This document shows positions 1-14,600 of a DNA stretch of 64,000 bases, piece by piece; the first letter of the stretch is position 1, and each line of letters starts with the position of its first letter. Source of the DNA: Chrysomallon squamiferum (lineage: Eukaryota; Animalia; Mollusca); assembly GCA_012295275.1 (NCBI GenBank), contig CM022673.1, positions 22,692,001-22,756,000 on the forward strand, in the 5' to 3' direction. A model generated the notes under the pieces. The model was given only the letters and a program-made list of their open reading frames with translations, did not search any database and was not told the origin of the DNA. The position numbers and the translations under genes are program-made.

Positions 1-1
1 A

Positions 2-69
<68 letters not shown>

Positions 70-826
70 AACAATAATAATAATAGTAAACCATCCATTT
101 TCTTAAAAAGCATGTTATCGTTTTTTATTGACGTAATTAAATAATTAATAATATTTTGATGTAGAAAAAAACTACCATTTCCTTTATTATTAATTTATTA
201 AAAGATGAGATGAAGTGACAGTGATAAACATATGTGTGTGTGTGTGTCTGTGTCTGTGTGTGGATGTATATAGATAGATGTATAGATATATAAATCACAA
301 ATTTATAAAACTATGTGAATGGCTGCTTCTTAAAATGTCTACAAATCCGTTAGCGTATAAAATTTACAACAAGGAGGTTTAAGAAGTGAAAAAGTACATA
401 ATTTTTATCTTTAGACATTATGGCAACGGACCTGCGACCCCAATTTAAAATAAATTATCAGCTACACAACATTCTTTATGGGATGTCTTTATCTTTTCTC
501 TCTGTTCACCGGGTATTTATTTGTATAAAAATAGTTAGGTGTTCATGTGCTGGTTACAAAATTGTTACAGAACACACACACACACACAGTTGTCGTTTTT
601 GGTAGATGGAAAATAGACTTATTACCATAATAAAAATCTAAATTTCTTAGTAAAAGAAATTCTAAATTCATAATACTTTTTTGGCAAATTGTTTTTCAGT
701 TTCGAAAAAATATATGTTTTTATTTTTGTATAAACACTGAATTAATCGGCCTGAGAAACAAGAATATTTTTAGTTTTAATAAAATAATTCAGCTTTCTTT
801 GTGTCTAAGTTGTATGATATTTATAT

Positions 827-868
<42 letters not shown>

Positions 869-1367
869 TGTGTGTTTTTGAGAGAAAGAGAGAGAGAGAG
901 AGACGTCATGTGCTTGTGTTTGGTCGCACCGGTAATAACTTGTATAAACATAAAGTTCAGATTTAGTGAAATAGTGGTAGTCATATAGGAATCATGTTTT
1001 TTTTTTTCATAGTTTGAATTGCATACTCAAATATTTGTTTAGAGCTTACATTAATGCATTTATTTCATAGCCTGTACTAAATCAAACTTCTTAATGGCAT
1101 ACAACTTTGCTTTGTTTGGAAAGAAAATATTTAAAGGTAACCAAAATTAACAACGGTAGACATTGTAACAATTCCCTTACTTCAACGCATATGCAGCCAT
1201 CATATTGCAAATAAATAAATAAATGAATAATCAGTATTATTATATTTCTGGTGATAGTTCAGTTTTTCACAAATATTTCCAGGCTAACAAAAACAAAGAA
1301 GGAACAAAGAAACAAAATATTTTGAATAATAATAAAAGTTGAATAAAAGATTACAAACAGTAATATC

Positions 1368-1423
<56 letters not shown>

Positions 1424-3955
1424 GAGAATGCCATGCGAAAATAAGTCAATTTTCCATTCTCCGACTTCATGTTCCATAAGACTGTTGGTGCTGCATCTTT
1501 AATGAAATATCCGTTTCTGCCTCCGATAACCACACTAATAATCATCACAGTTCTTCCATAATGTAGTTAGCTAATATGTAGAATTAACGAATTGTGAAAA
1601 TGGAAAACCTTAGTCGTCAGAACAATTATCTTTTGATAAAATATATATTTGTATATGTACATCTAGTTCGTCCGTAGTAACATCTTATTTTACATTTTAT
1701 CATATTTAAGTTTACCATAAATCCACAATAAATCTGTCTTAATATTAGAAAATAGTTAGTAAAAATAATATAGATTTCAACAATCCAAAAGTACATATTG
1801 GAAAAAAAAAAAAAAAAAATGAACATATTAAAAATGTCACAGTAACTTAACTAAAATTACTTTTCATCTAAATTAGTTCTCTGGTTTTGTTACAGTTATA
1901 TCTGTATCAGAATAATTAATAATTACAATAATGTACTTGCGAATTATCTGTTCGAAAATATCAGTATTTTTGTAATTCATCTTTCTACTTTTGAAGTGTG
2001 CATTATTCACATTGTTTATAGAATAACGATTTGTCTCGCGGTGGTCGCAATGAATAAGATTTATATTTCGGTCTGTCATAACGTCGATGATACACCCACA
2101 TATTGTAACCAGAAAGTAATAAACCTTAATTATATTGCTTTTCTTTTCCTACTGATAGTAAATGAAAAAAAGAAATAAGAAGAGTGCACAAACCTTTAAA
2201 AAGTATTTTTCCGGTTTGTGTGCTTTTTCTTAAAGGGTTTTTTTCTGGTTTGTTTTTTTGGCTTTTGTTTTTTATTTCAAATTATTATTTCGAAAAACAT
2301 AAAAATTATTGTAAACGATATATACAGTTTAAGTTAGAGCTGATTCTTTGATGTAATTGTTTAAGTGAAATTAAATATATACAAAGTATTCTTTGTCTTA
2401 TCTCTCTCATATTATATACAGTTCTCTTCTTATATTATTACATTTATTTATTATTTTGTGATTAAACAAATTCAAATAAAATTAATTAGAAATGTTGCGT
2501 ATTTGGTGTAGCACAAAGAAAAGTAATATAATGAAGTCACGTATCCTCTGATACACGTATTTTATTAACTTTTATTTATTATACTTTTTTTTTTTTTTTT
2601 TTTTTTTTATATATTTGGTGGGGTTTTGGGTGTTTTTTTTTTTGTTGTTGTGGTTTTTGTATTTTATTTTATTTTATTTTATTTTATTTTTTTTTTTATT
2701 TTTTTTTTTCGTGCTGTTTCTTATTTTCTGCTAAAAGTTTCAAACAAGATTTTGTACGTCCAATAGGCTATATAAAGATCCTAGTTTCCTTATTATTTTT
2801 AATAGATGCAAAAACAGCGATTATGAATTATGTCGAACAATTGTATTATTACATTTCTTACTTGAAGATTTATAAATTTCAAATTAAACAAGTTGATCAT
2901 CATTGTAAATGTCATTTAAATATTGGATAATGATCGAACTTAATCACGCCGTAAGATTTTTGATTGTATAAAATGAATTAGTAATGTAACACGACAAAAT
3001 AATGATACAATAAATAATAATAATAAATAAATAAAATAAATAAATAAATAAAAAGAAAGAGAGATTGCAAAGAAGTAATGAAAGAAAGATAATGACAAAC
3101 ATAAGAAAAAGAATGAATCCTCCATGGTTTAGAGAAAGAAAAAAACAATCATACTAAAAGTAAAAATAATTAAATTTAGATGTTATATGTATATTTATTC
3201 CATAAAATCAGCAGTGGAAGTTATTTATTTCGTATGCATTGTATATAGTTTATGCAATTGTTTATGAAACTATTTATACAAGAAACGAATGGAGAACAGT
3301 AATCTGATTTATTAAACTTACCAATATAAGCATAAGAAGTATACACAGCAGAAAAGAAGCCAGTTTGGTCCACACCTAAATGCTTGTGTGTATATACTTG
3401 GTATGGCTGTGTTAATTTACAAGCAGTAAACGTCAAATTACTAGTGATATAAAGTCAACCAGACCTCGTGGTTATAAAATTTTAAAGTTCAGACACACAT
3501 ATAAAGTACAAAATTAAAATGTAAACAGAATCATTGGTGCTGCAATGGTTTCAGATCCATAAAAAAAAAATAAAAAAAATAAAAGAAACGTTAAGAATTT
3601 TCGAACGCAGATTGCAAAAATAGAAGCAAAAAAAAAAAAAAAAAAAGAATGCAAAGATCTTTAAAGGATTATATATATATATATATATATTAAATACACT
3701 ACTTCAATGAAAATAATGTTTTAAGAATGTATGAATAAAACAAACTATAATATATATTATCTTTCTTTGACATATAATATGATACATGTTAAAAGCACAT
3801 ACACATCAAACATATATTATATTACATTTGGGGATTATAGTTATATACACATCTATCAAACTAAATTTATTATTATTATTATTATTGTTGTTGTTGTTGT
3901 TTACGAAACTTGTAAATATTATTTTCTATTATTTAGTAAACTATTATTTATTTAG

Positions 3956-5578
3956 GTAAGGATTGTGAACGAGGGACCCACTCGTGCCATAAGGATGCAA
4001 TCTGTCTAAGTTCCAGACGATCCTATAAGTGTAGGTGTAAAGAAGGATTTTATGGTAACGGAAAAATATGTGTTGGTGAGTTCTTCCTTGCATTTCAGAT
4101 AATATATTTCATTTTATGGTTATTTCACTTAATCAGATTATATTTTATTAGGCTCTTGTAGTTATTATTTTATTTTATTTTATTTATTAGATGAAGACGA
4201 GTGCGAGTTTGAAAACGGTGGGTGTGCACATTCCTGTCAAAACAGTCCAGGTAATTACAGCTGCAGCTGTAGACTTGGATTTGAGTTAGCACCTGATGGA
4301 CATAACTGCATAGGTATGTATATATATTATTAAATTTAAAAACACAGTTATTTTATTGTTGCTGGAGAGACTGTAAATTAATTACTTAACAAATTATTGA
4401 CGAATATGGTCATACACAATTAATTTTAGTGAATGTTTTAGACATTTTCAGGTATTAATGAATGTTTTGATAATTACCGCTATTAATGAGTGTTTTGATA
4501 ATTACAGCTATTAATGAGTGTTTTGATAATTACAGATATTAATGAATGTTTTGATAATTACCGCTATTAATGAGTGTTTTGATAATTACAGCTATTAATG
4601 AGTGTTTTGATAATTACAGATATTAATGAATGTTTTGAAGAACGAGGTGGATGTGCTCACCAGTGTGTGAACACAGTTGGCACGTTCCAGTGTAAATGCA
4701 ATGCAGGCTATGGTCTTCAGTCTGATGGAAAGACATGTAAACGTAAGTGATATTTGACTTCTGTTGTTGTACAAAATATTCAAACATCAAGAACAGACAA
4801 ATATTATTTAATAATAATACTAATTGCTGACACTGAAAACTAAAAAGCTAATAAATAAAAATTCAGAATGTGTTTATTAATAACAAAACAATTTGTTTAG
4901 GAGCAAACTGTTCTAAATTTAAATAATTTAAAAATTAGATTAAATTTAGATAATACAGAAATCTGTTTATGGAAATCATCGAAACTATATTTAAAAAAGT
5001 TCATCTTGTTACAGTAGGAATATGGTGTCAGAACATGCTAGGATGTTCTCACCACTGCAAATCCACTTCTCACGGACCAACATGTGCTTGTCGAGAGGGG
5101 TACAGAATACATTCAGATGGAAAAACATGCATTCGTGAGTCGCATCATCCTCTACTCTTTCATTTAATTTTTTTTTATTAATATTATTATTTTTTTTACT
5201 TTTAAATTTTTTTTTAATAATTAATTAATTAATTTATTTATTTATTTATTTACTATTATTATTAATTTAATTTTGCAGGAGATTATTGCATTTTGATAAA
5301 ATTATGAATTATATCTGCAATCTTAATCCAGATTTGGTTTTACAGGATTATATTTTCATAGTGAAAAAATTGTTATAAAACACCATTTTACAAATGTCTG
5401 ATTTCATCAGCAATTATACTTATGTTTCAGCTCAAATAAAACATTAATGAGAATTAATGTAAGATTTAATATACACAACTCCAGAAATTTAACAAAACAT
5501 TTTTATAAATAAAGAAAATACTATTATTAATATTTCTTTTTCAGTTTCTTTCCAGACTACATAAAATGTATTTATTTA

Positions 5579-5622
<44 letters not shown>

Positions 5623-8600
5623 TTATGCCTAAAAATGGACTAGAAATACAGATTATATTAGATCAATAACAATCAGAGTATTTTTCCAGAAACATGTGCT
5701 GTAGGCAATGGAGGCTGCCAACACAACTGTCAGGACACATCAGATGGTCCTGTCTGCAGTTGTGCCCCAAAATACATCCTGCAAGATAATAAGAAAACTT
5801 GCATTGGTAAGTACAGTTACCATTTTTAAAATCAGATAATGAAATTTATAACTTTTTGGGGACTGGAGTGCACATGCATGCTACGGGAAGGTAATTAATA
5901 TTACTGTCTTGAATTAGAATGTGATTTATACATTTTTGGGGGACAGGTGTATTTGGTATTAAATCTTCCCAGTTAAAGCAAAAGACTGCTTTTTTTTATT
6001 TTTTTTGTCAAGAACATTTGCTCATAAATGGTCCAAACAGCTTAATATATTCTGCTGTAAAGTTAATGCTTTCTGTTTAGATCTGGCAACACATATCATC
6101 ATGTTGATTTAACATTGCTACAAATATTGTTGTCGGAGAAAAATTATTATACAATCAGTATTATTTCATTTTCTCCACAGCTTTTGATCTTAAATAATAA
6201 TAAATTAAGATAATTTAGATCAATGTTTGAAATTATAAATAAAAATATTCATCATTTGAAAGGGATGGTAGCCCTTTTCTACATTCTGATATCTAATTAT
6301 AGGCATGTATTTCTTCTGCATCTTGCTTCTTTTTTACATCATGAGTATACAACCGTTTTACAATAGTGTCTTTTCTTTGCAACATCTTATAAGAACTTTT
6401 TAAGCACTTTACTTGTTTTGTATTTAAGTCAGGAGTAAAAATTATATACTAACACACACTAAAAATATTTGATGTTGAAATTTCACAATAATATATTAAT
6501 TAGTTGTAAATTCTCTGTAGGAAAAGGTGAAGGTTTTTTCATTTCCTGTTTTAAAAATTATTGTTATTTTGTAATTGTTTATTCTTTCCCTAGTGCATCA
6601 TTTAATATCATAACATTTATTTTAAGTAATAGGTAATGTAGAGCTATTAATAAAAATGGGTTTTTCTTAATAGTATTAACATAACACTTTATAAAATGTT
6701 TACATGATTCAGATTTAACTAACATTTATATCATAATAATTATTAAATAAAACCGATTAAGTTATTTATCTCTATAGAAGCTCTTTTAAAAAAAATTACA
6801 TTTGCAATACTGCTTCTGCTATTTTAAAACATTTGACAAAATACTTTCAGTCTGTTATAAAAACCAGACTGTTGGCAAATATATAATTATTGCATTCTTC
6901 TAAAATATCAAAATAATTTCAAGTGTACCAAATTTAATAATATTTTTCTACTTAAAGAAGCTGACGTTAGAGTGATATTTATTTAATAACATTCAGTTTT
7001 CACAATTAAAGATGATAAACATTTTTAATTTTATTCCTCATCTTTCACTCTTTTCTTTCTCTCTTTGACTTTAAATTCAGCATCATGTGGGGTTAACAGG
7101 GGAGGTTGTGAAAGGAAATGTCTAGACACAAAGGCAGGTCCCCAGTGCTCTTGTCCCCGAGGCTATGAGCTGCATCAGGATGGCAAGAGTTGCCTTGGTG
7201 ACGTATCTCTTCAAACCTCAGCTAGTTTTTTATTTGCTGCTTTATGTTTTTGTCTGTGTTATTCTCCCAGCTGACGGTGCTACTACCAGGTCTGTCCTGC
7301 TGTTCTAATCAACATCTTTTAAAATATGGTTCATACAAAACCCCACCATCCTCTCATTTTGCTTCAAGAAGTATATAATTTACATATATTTCATACCTTC
7401 CAAAGCCTGAATTGTACTGGCTTTAATACAGTTCTATCAGATTTATCTTTATTAATATTTATGAAAAAATACACAAGTCTGTCCAAGAGGGATTTTTTAT
7501 AATGTAAAATAGTCAATATGCCGTATGTTACATATTTTAAAAAATATACAGATAAAGCAGACTTATTATTTTTTAAAGATCTATTTTTTACTCAAGTCAT
7601 GGTACCAGGCTTTAATGACCATAAACTTAAAATAATATTAATAATAATCTTTATGTTTAAAATCAAAGTTAATGTAATTAATTTTGTTGAGTTTATTAGT
7701 TGCAGATGATAGAAATTTATCTAAAAAGGCATGATATTTAATATATATTTAATAATCAGTGTACTATTTGTATTGTTTTCAGTTTCAAATAATTTGTAAA
7801 CTACATATATATAACTTGTTTTGCTGTTCTTTTAAATTTTAAATTCTTCTTATGTTATAAAATCTTGCAGTTTTCAAAAGATAGTCATTTTAAGAATTCT
7901 GGACATGATTATATGTCAAGATGATGTCAGATATACATGAACTGTAAATCATAAAATGTTAATCATATCTCAATTCTTCATCAAGCTGTCAGTTAGGCTA
8001 CAAGTATCATGTCTGCTTTCTAATTCTGTGACCTGTTATCTCAAAACTTTTTTGTTTAGCAGGTAAAGACTAACAATATCAACTGTTTTGTTGAAAAGGT
8101 TAGCTGAAATATGCTTTACATGGTCACAATTATTATATAAAAAGACTTTGTTTTGCTTGTCTTTAAAATATTAATGTAATAACTTTACCACAGAGATATC
8201 ATTAACAGCTGTAATAAGACAGAAAAAAACATTTGTCTTTTCAAATTGACCCACATTTATTCTACTAGTCTAAGTCTATAAATAAAGGAGCATGTGTTTG
8301 CATGGCTTATAATAAACTGCAATATTCTTCCTGACACATTTTTATTTGCAGTATGTGTATTTTGTTATTATGCATTTATATACACACAGATTTATTTTAA
8401 AGCCTGCTGCAAACATAATTAAGTTATTGAAGATACTTACCATTGATCAATTTGTACAGATTAAGCTTTAACCAAATAAAACATTTATTTTTCATGCATT
8501 AATTTATGTTATGTTTGGTGGTAGAAATTACATGTGCATCTGATATAGCTTTTATATGAATAATAATTTTCAATACTTTTATTTCTTTGATTACAATAAA

Positions 8601-11600
8601 ATGATTTAGTCCCCTCAATTATAATTATTGTGAAACAATAATCACAGAATATTAGAAAACAAAACGTGATCAAAATTTTAGTTATTTTTGAGCATGTAAA
8701 CTAAAACTCTTAGTATATTGAGAACATTAATATTTTACTAAAGAAATCTTATTTATATCCATTAAAATTTAGAAACTTGAAATGATTATCAGTTTTTATA
8801 TTTACTTGAACAAGATTAATCCTGTATATAACTGGTACAAACTTTCTTAAAATTCAACTAACAAAATAATAATAACATTTGCTAATATTGCTAGTCTTGA
8901 ACTTTCATTTTTCAATTTTGGAGTAATTCTGTTGATCATATTAATATAACTATAGAGATATTTTTAACAAATTTTGTCATAGGATAATTTCATTGATGTG
9001 ATTTTAATATGTTGTTTCATTCTTCTGTTTATCTCTTTAGATATCAATGAATGTGACTTGAAGAATGGCTTCTGCAGTCACATATGTGTGAACACTCACG
9101 GGAGTTATGAATGTGTCTGTCCTAGTGGCTTCAAAGTCAATGCTGATCAGAGATCCTGTCAAGGTAAAGAAAAACTATATTATTATATCATGTTTATACA
9201 GTTGTGTCAACAAATCAATGTGGCCATGAATATGAGGTTCAGACATGCCTAGCTGTGGATATATCTTAGAATGCTGGGTCCTTGAACTGGTACATATAAT
9301 GATAACTAAATCATCTGACCTTCTCACCAAGATTTCAATTTCTAAAAAACATTCAGTATAAATGTTTGAGGACTTAATGTACATAACAATATTTTTAAAT
9401 TACTTATTTAACTACAAAGGCTGTATCAGATAGTAAACTGATATTATTAGAGTTATAAATTGATACTGACCTTATTGTTTAATTTCTTAACAGTTAAGAC
9501 TTTCCATTGTTGTGAGAGTTTGTTTTCAGAATTCTACTATAGTGAGAATTTGTTTTGTTTTTCAGACATTGACGAATGTTTGGTGAATCGATCCTGTGAC
9601 CACATGTGTGTGAATACATTAGGCAGCTTCCAGTGCCACTGCAAGACAGGCTTTCAAAACTATGGCCAGACCCACTGTGCAGGTGTGTTTCATTTCCAAA
9701 ATAGCTATATATATATATATATTAATTTTCAGTTATTTTATATATTTAAGAATACACTATAGTAAATTGTTTTCTTAGTTTAATAAATAGCAATAAAAAG
9801 CTTACTACTAATGAAAAATTGTTAAAAGATGTACAAATCTTTCCATCTTTATTTGCATTCATTTCCATAAAATTCATGCTGTTTGACAAAGAACATCTTA
9901 TGTCTGTCTCATGTTAAGGATGAATAAAATTTAATTTCATTTTAATGAATATAATTTGTTATATATTTTTTGTTTTATTGATTTTAGATACATACAGCTA
10001 AATTTCCAATTAAAAAAAAAAATGTGTGTTGGAAATTATTTTTTCAAAATACTAATTTAATGTTGTATTGTTTTTAGATATTAATGAATGTTCAGTGAAT
10101 AATGGTGGCTGTGAGCACCTGTGTTATAATATTGAGGGATCTTTTTATTGTGCCTGTAGATCTGGCTTCAAGTTACACCCCAATCAGAAGGACTGCATCT
10201 GTGGGTATTTTTTCATTAATCATCGTTTCAGACAATCATCATTTCTTTTTTTCTTTTTAAAGTCATTATTTAGATTATTCACATAAAGAAATTAATGTTG
10301 CTGTTTCTCTCTAGCAATAAACACTTGTGCCCCGTTGAAAGTTCCTGCCAAGGCAACAATGACTTGCCAGAATACAGGAGGTGGAGAGAGACAGTGTGTG
10401 ATTGCCTGCAACAGCCATGCCAGGTTTTCAGTACCTGTGAAACATCAGCAGTATGAACTAACATGTGGACCAAGCAGTGGCTACAAGTGGACTTTTGAAA
10501 AAGATAATATTACATTTCCTATGTGTTCAGGTAGAATAAATTTTATTTAAAAAGACACATTTCAAATACTGTTGTTTCTTAACTTGAGGAAAGTTAAATA
10601 CAAAACAGCTTCAGGAAAAATCCAGTAAATGTTCTGCATTAAAAACCTACTTTTATATTTGTGTAAGCAAATCTCAGAATATTTTGGAATCAAGCTAAAC
10701 AGAGACATTAGGCTTTTCTACCTTTTAATTTGTTATTTTTTAATTCAGTTAAAAATATACTTAGCATATTTTCAGTTACAGTGTTTTTGGTATATAATGG
10801 TAATCTCTGTGAGTATACAATGTTTTTATATCCAAACACACACACATACACATACACACATACATACATACACATATACACATACCATAAACACATTTTA
10901 TATATCTAATGTACATACTGTTTGAATACTGATTTATTTTCTCATACAGAGAAAATATTCCCTCCAAGTTTCAAGAGGAAAGCCACATTTGTGTTTGTGA
11001 TGGACAAAAAATGTCATTTCCACAAGACTGCAGTGCAGCATCTCGTGTCAAATCTAACACAAGTTCTCAATGGTAGCTCAGTTCTTTTTTTTTATCATAT
11101 GTAATGAGTCTAAATTCTCTTATTCACAATAAATGACAGAAAACAAAATAAATATAAAATGTTAAGTTTTAATATTTTCTTTAAAAAAAGACACACAAAA
11201 GATTAAAAAAAGAAGAAAAACAAAACAACAACAAAAAACCCCCAGATATTTTTCATTAAATTTACATTTACCATGAGTGAAATTTATATATGAAGAGTTC
11301 AGTTAGGTTATTACTTTTTTTTTTTTTATTCTTCCTTTTCATAATAATTATCACTGACATAAACTGATATATTTCACTACTTTATGCGAAAAGTTTGTTA
11401 GTATATTGAAAGTCAGTTAAATTATTATAGAGTTAGGTGTTCAGTTATATATATTATATTAATAAACTTTCACAGAACAAAAGAAATTTAAATGCACCAA
11501 GAAATGTCATGTGAATTACATGGATATGAAGTGTGGATCAAGAAGAAAGAAATTCCAGCGTCATGTTCGAGGGACTCACAAAACTTTAATAACAGCTGAA

Positions 11601-14600
11601 TTTGAGCTGCAGATGAATCCAAAGAAACCTTCTGGTAAACTAAATCCTTCTTTTAAAAATGTTAATGCAAACTGTATTTTAGAAAGTTAATTTCCAGAAA
11701 CAGCAAACTGCTTAGTTCAAATGCATTATATATATATATATATTACTTTTACTATGATACAATGTTGTGTCTGTATTTGTTCTGGTGTTAGAAATTTCTT
11801 CACAATTCATTTTGTTTTTCAGAACACTGTAATTCCGAATGCATGAGCAAGAGAACCCAGAGAAAGCTGAGGAAGGCATTTCGATCTCTGAAACGATCAA
11901 TTAAGAGAGAAAAGTTTTATGTCAAGTAACTATACTCTATCTTTAATAAATATGTTTTATTATCTTATTGAAGAAGTAGTTTATTTATAAATGTTCTATA
12001 CTTGCTTAAAATAAATGTGAAATAAAATTATTACACTTTCAATCCTCATTATACAAAACTGGTATGTTTAATACTAAGTGTTAATAGGGGTACCGTATCC
12101 AGTACAACACTTGTTTTGTGTAGAGTACAACTCTTGTTTTGTGTACAGTGTAACACGTGTTTGGTGTAGAGTGTAACACTTGTTTTGTGTACAGTGTAAC
12201 TCGTGTTTTGTGTACATTATAACACTTGTTTTCTGTACATTGTAACACTTGTTTTGTGTACAGTGTAACACTTGTTTGGTTTAGAGTGTAACACTTGTTT
12301 TGTGTACAGTGTAAAACTTGTTTTGGGTACATTCTAACACTTGTTTTGTGTACAGTGTAACACTTGTTTGATGTAGAGTGTAACACTTGTTTTTCATATA
12401 GGAACATTTGTGTACAGTGTAACACTTGTTTCATGCACTCTATAACACTTGTTTGATGCACAGAATAACACTTGTTTGATGCACAGAATAACACTTATTT
12501 GATGCACAGTATAACACTTGTTTGATGCACATTATAACACTTGTTTGATGCACAGTATAACACTTGTTTGATGCACTTATAACACTTGTTTGGTTCACAG
12601 TATAACATTTATTTGATGCACAGTATAACATTGTTTGATGCACAGTATAACACTTGTTTGGTGCACAGTATACCACTTGTTTGATGCAGAGTATACCACT
12701 TGTTTGATGCAGAGTATACCACTTGTTTGATGCACATTATAACACTTGTTTGAGGCACAATATACCACTTGTCTGGTGCACAGTATAATACTTGTTTGGT
12801 GTACAGTATAAAGCTTGTTTGTGTACTGTATAATAATTGTTTGGTGTACACTAGGTCACATTTTTAGGTTATTTTCCCACTTTAAACAGTACTGCATTTT
12901 ATGATATAACTGTTTTTGTGCATTTGGTTCCCATTAATTGAACTTTTAATTAAATTATCACTTTTTGCATCTTGAAATGGTATGGGTATCATAAAAAAAG
13001 AAGAAATTAATGTTTTATCTGTTATTAAAAATGTTTGTATCTCATCTGGAGTTGTTGTTATATGCAGGTTTGAGGGAAACAAATATGAAGTTTTAAAAAG
13101 ATCTTTTAAACCAGAAAAAGCTATTGAGGTGGCCTGTCGTCCAGGAAATGTACTTATAAAGAAAATGTGTGGTATGAAAATTCACTTATAGTATGTATAT
13201 AAAAAATATTTAAAAATTAAAAACCTATTACATTAACCAATGAGAACAATCACAGAAGATGGAAAAATACTTTGAAAGAACATAGGTTACGGTTTTAATT
13301 ATTTAGTTATTTATATAATTATTTAGTGTAAGGCACAAAATTAATGATATAAGAATGATTTATTCACACTTAGTGCCTAGTTCAGGTTTTCTGGATCATT
13401 CTTGCACAACTTCTACAATTTACTAAGAGCAGTCAGTAATGTGAAAACAGCAACCATGATCTGGACAACCAGTAGTTAACATTTGTGACCATGTCCTATG
13501 ATCAACAGTCTTCTAAAGAAACATAAATATTATGTAGACTTTTTGTTATGCCATCCTTAATATGTTAATGAAAAACAGAACTTTCTTTTTCACAGTGGCA
13601 TGTAGTATTGGAAGCTACTTCAGTAATGTATCAGAAAAGTGTGAGTTATGTGAAGGAGGAACATACCAGGATCAAGAAGGCAAACTCTCCTGTAAGGCCT
13701 GTCCAAACAAAACACAAGGAGTAGGCATCATTGGTGCAAAAAGCCCAGCAGAATGTTCAGGTTAAACAGTTTACAGTTCAACATATTTTTTTTTTTTTTT
13801 AAAGATAATATACTCTCTAGTCAATGTTAACAAATTTGTGAAGTTTATTGAATAATTCTGTTGATTGAGTAAATTACTTGATCATTTTAAAACAAAAAAA
13901 ATAAATCAAAACAAACCAAAAAACATATTTAAAAATTAAAAATTAAATAAATAAACAAATAAATAAATAAATATTATAAAAATACAGTATGGTTTAGAAT
14001 TTAAGATATATTCATTTACTGACAGTGGTGTTGTAGATGAATTTATTACTTCTTTTTTTTAAATTTTCCAGATGTTTGTAATCCAGGTTACTTTTCTGAG
14101 AATGGATCAAAGCCATGTCATCCATGTGGTATTGGGTCATATCAACCAGAGTATGGACGAACATCTTGTATACCATGTGGTGCTGGTATGAGAACCCGGA
14201 CACTGGCAACAACTAATTTCAAAGGCTGTGCGATGTCTGGTATGTCTAAAGAATCATAAACATAAAAAGAATCTGTTATCTAAATAGACCTGTATATGTA
14301 TTATGTATATTAAGGTTAATGACTGTCAAACCTCACTAACAAACATACATTTATTTTTAAAACTACATATTACACTTTATATTTACATATACAGATCTTT
14401 CATTTTACAGGATGTAATTTACATGATAAAATTATTCTCCTGTTTTAACAATTATTGGATTAAACACAATACATTCATAGCATATTTAATTAAAATATAT
14501 AATATTTTATGTCCTTATTACAGAAATGTGTTTGCCAGGACACTACTACAGTGTAAAACAACATCACTGTCTCAAGTGTCCCATTGGAACCTATCAGTCT

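Noticed and set aside
1-3955. Short ORFs (420-605, 1259-1548, 2940-3125 and others) as genes or as the SCUBE signal-peptide exon
   Set aside because: They are low-complexity or microsatellite translations. I found no ATG + hydrophobic stretch + phase-1 donor combination that was convincing, so SCUBE exon 1 is left unassigned.
4453-4638. 28-bp repeat as a CRISPR array
   Set aside because: Units are contiguous with no unique spacers, the context is a eukaryotic intron, and there are no cas genes.
12074-12851. Repetitive Cys/Tyr-rich ORFs on the minus strand
   Set aside because: These are translations of the 23-bp minisatellite. The unit is not a multiple of three and there is no splice or codon support.
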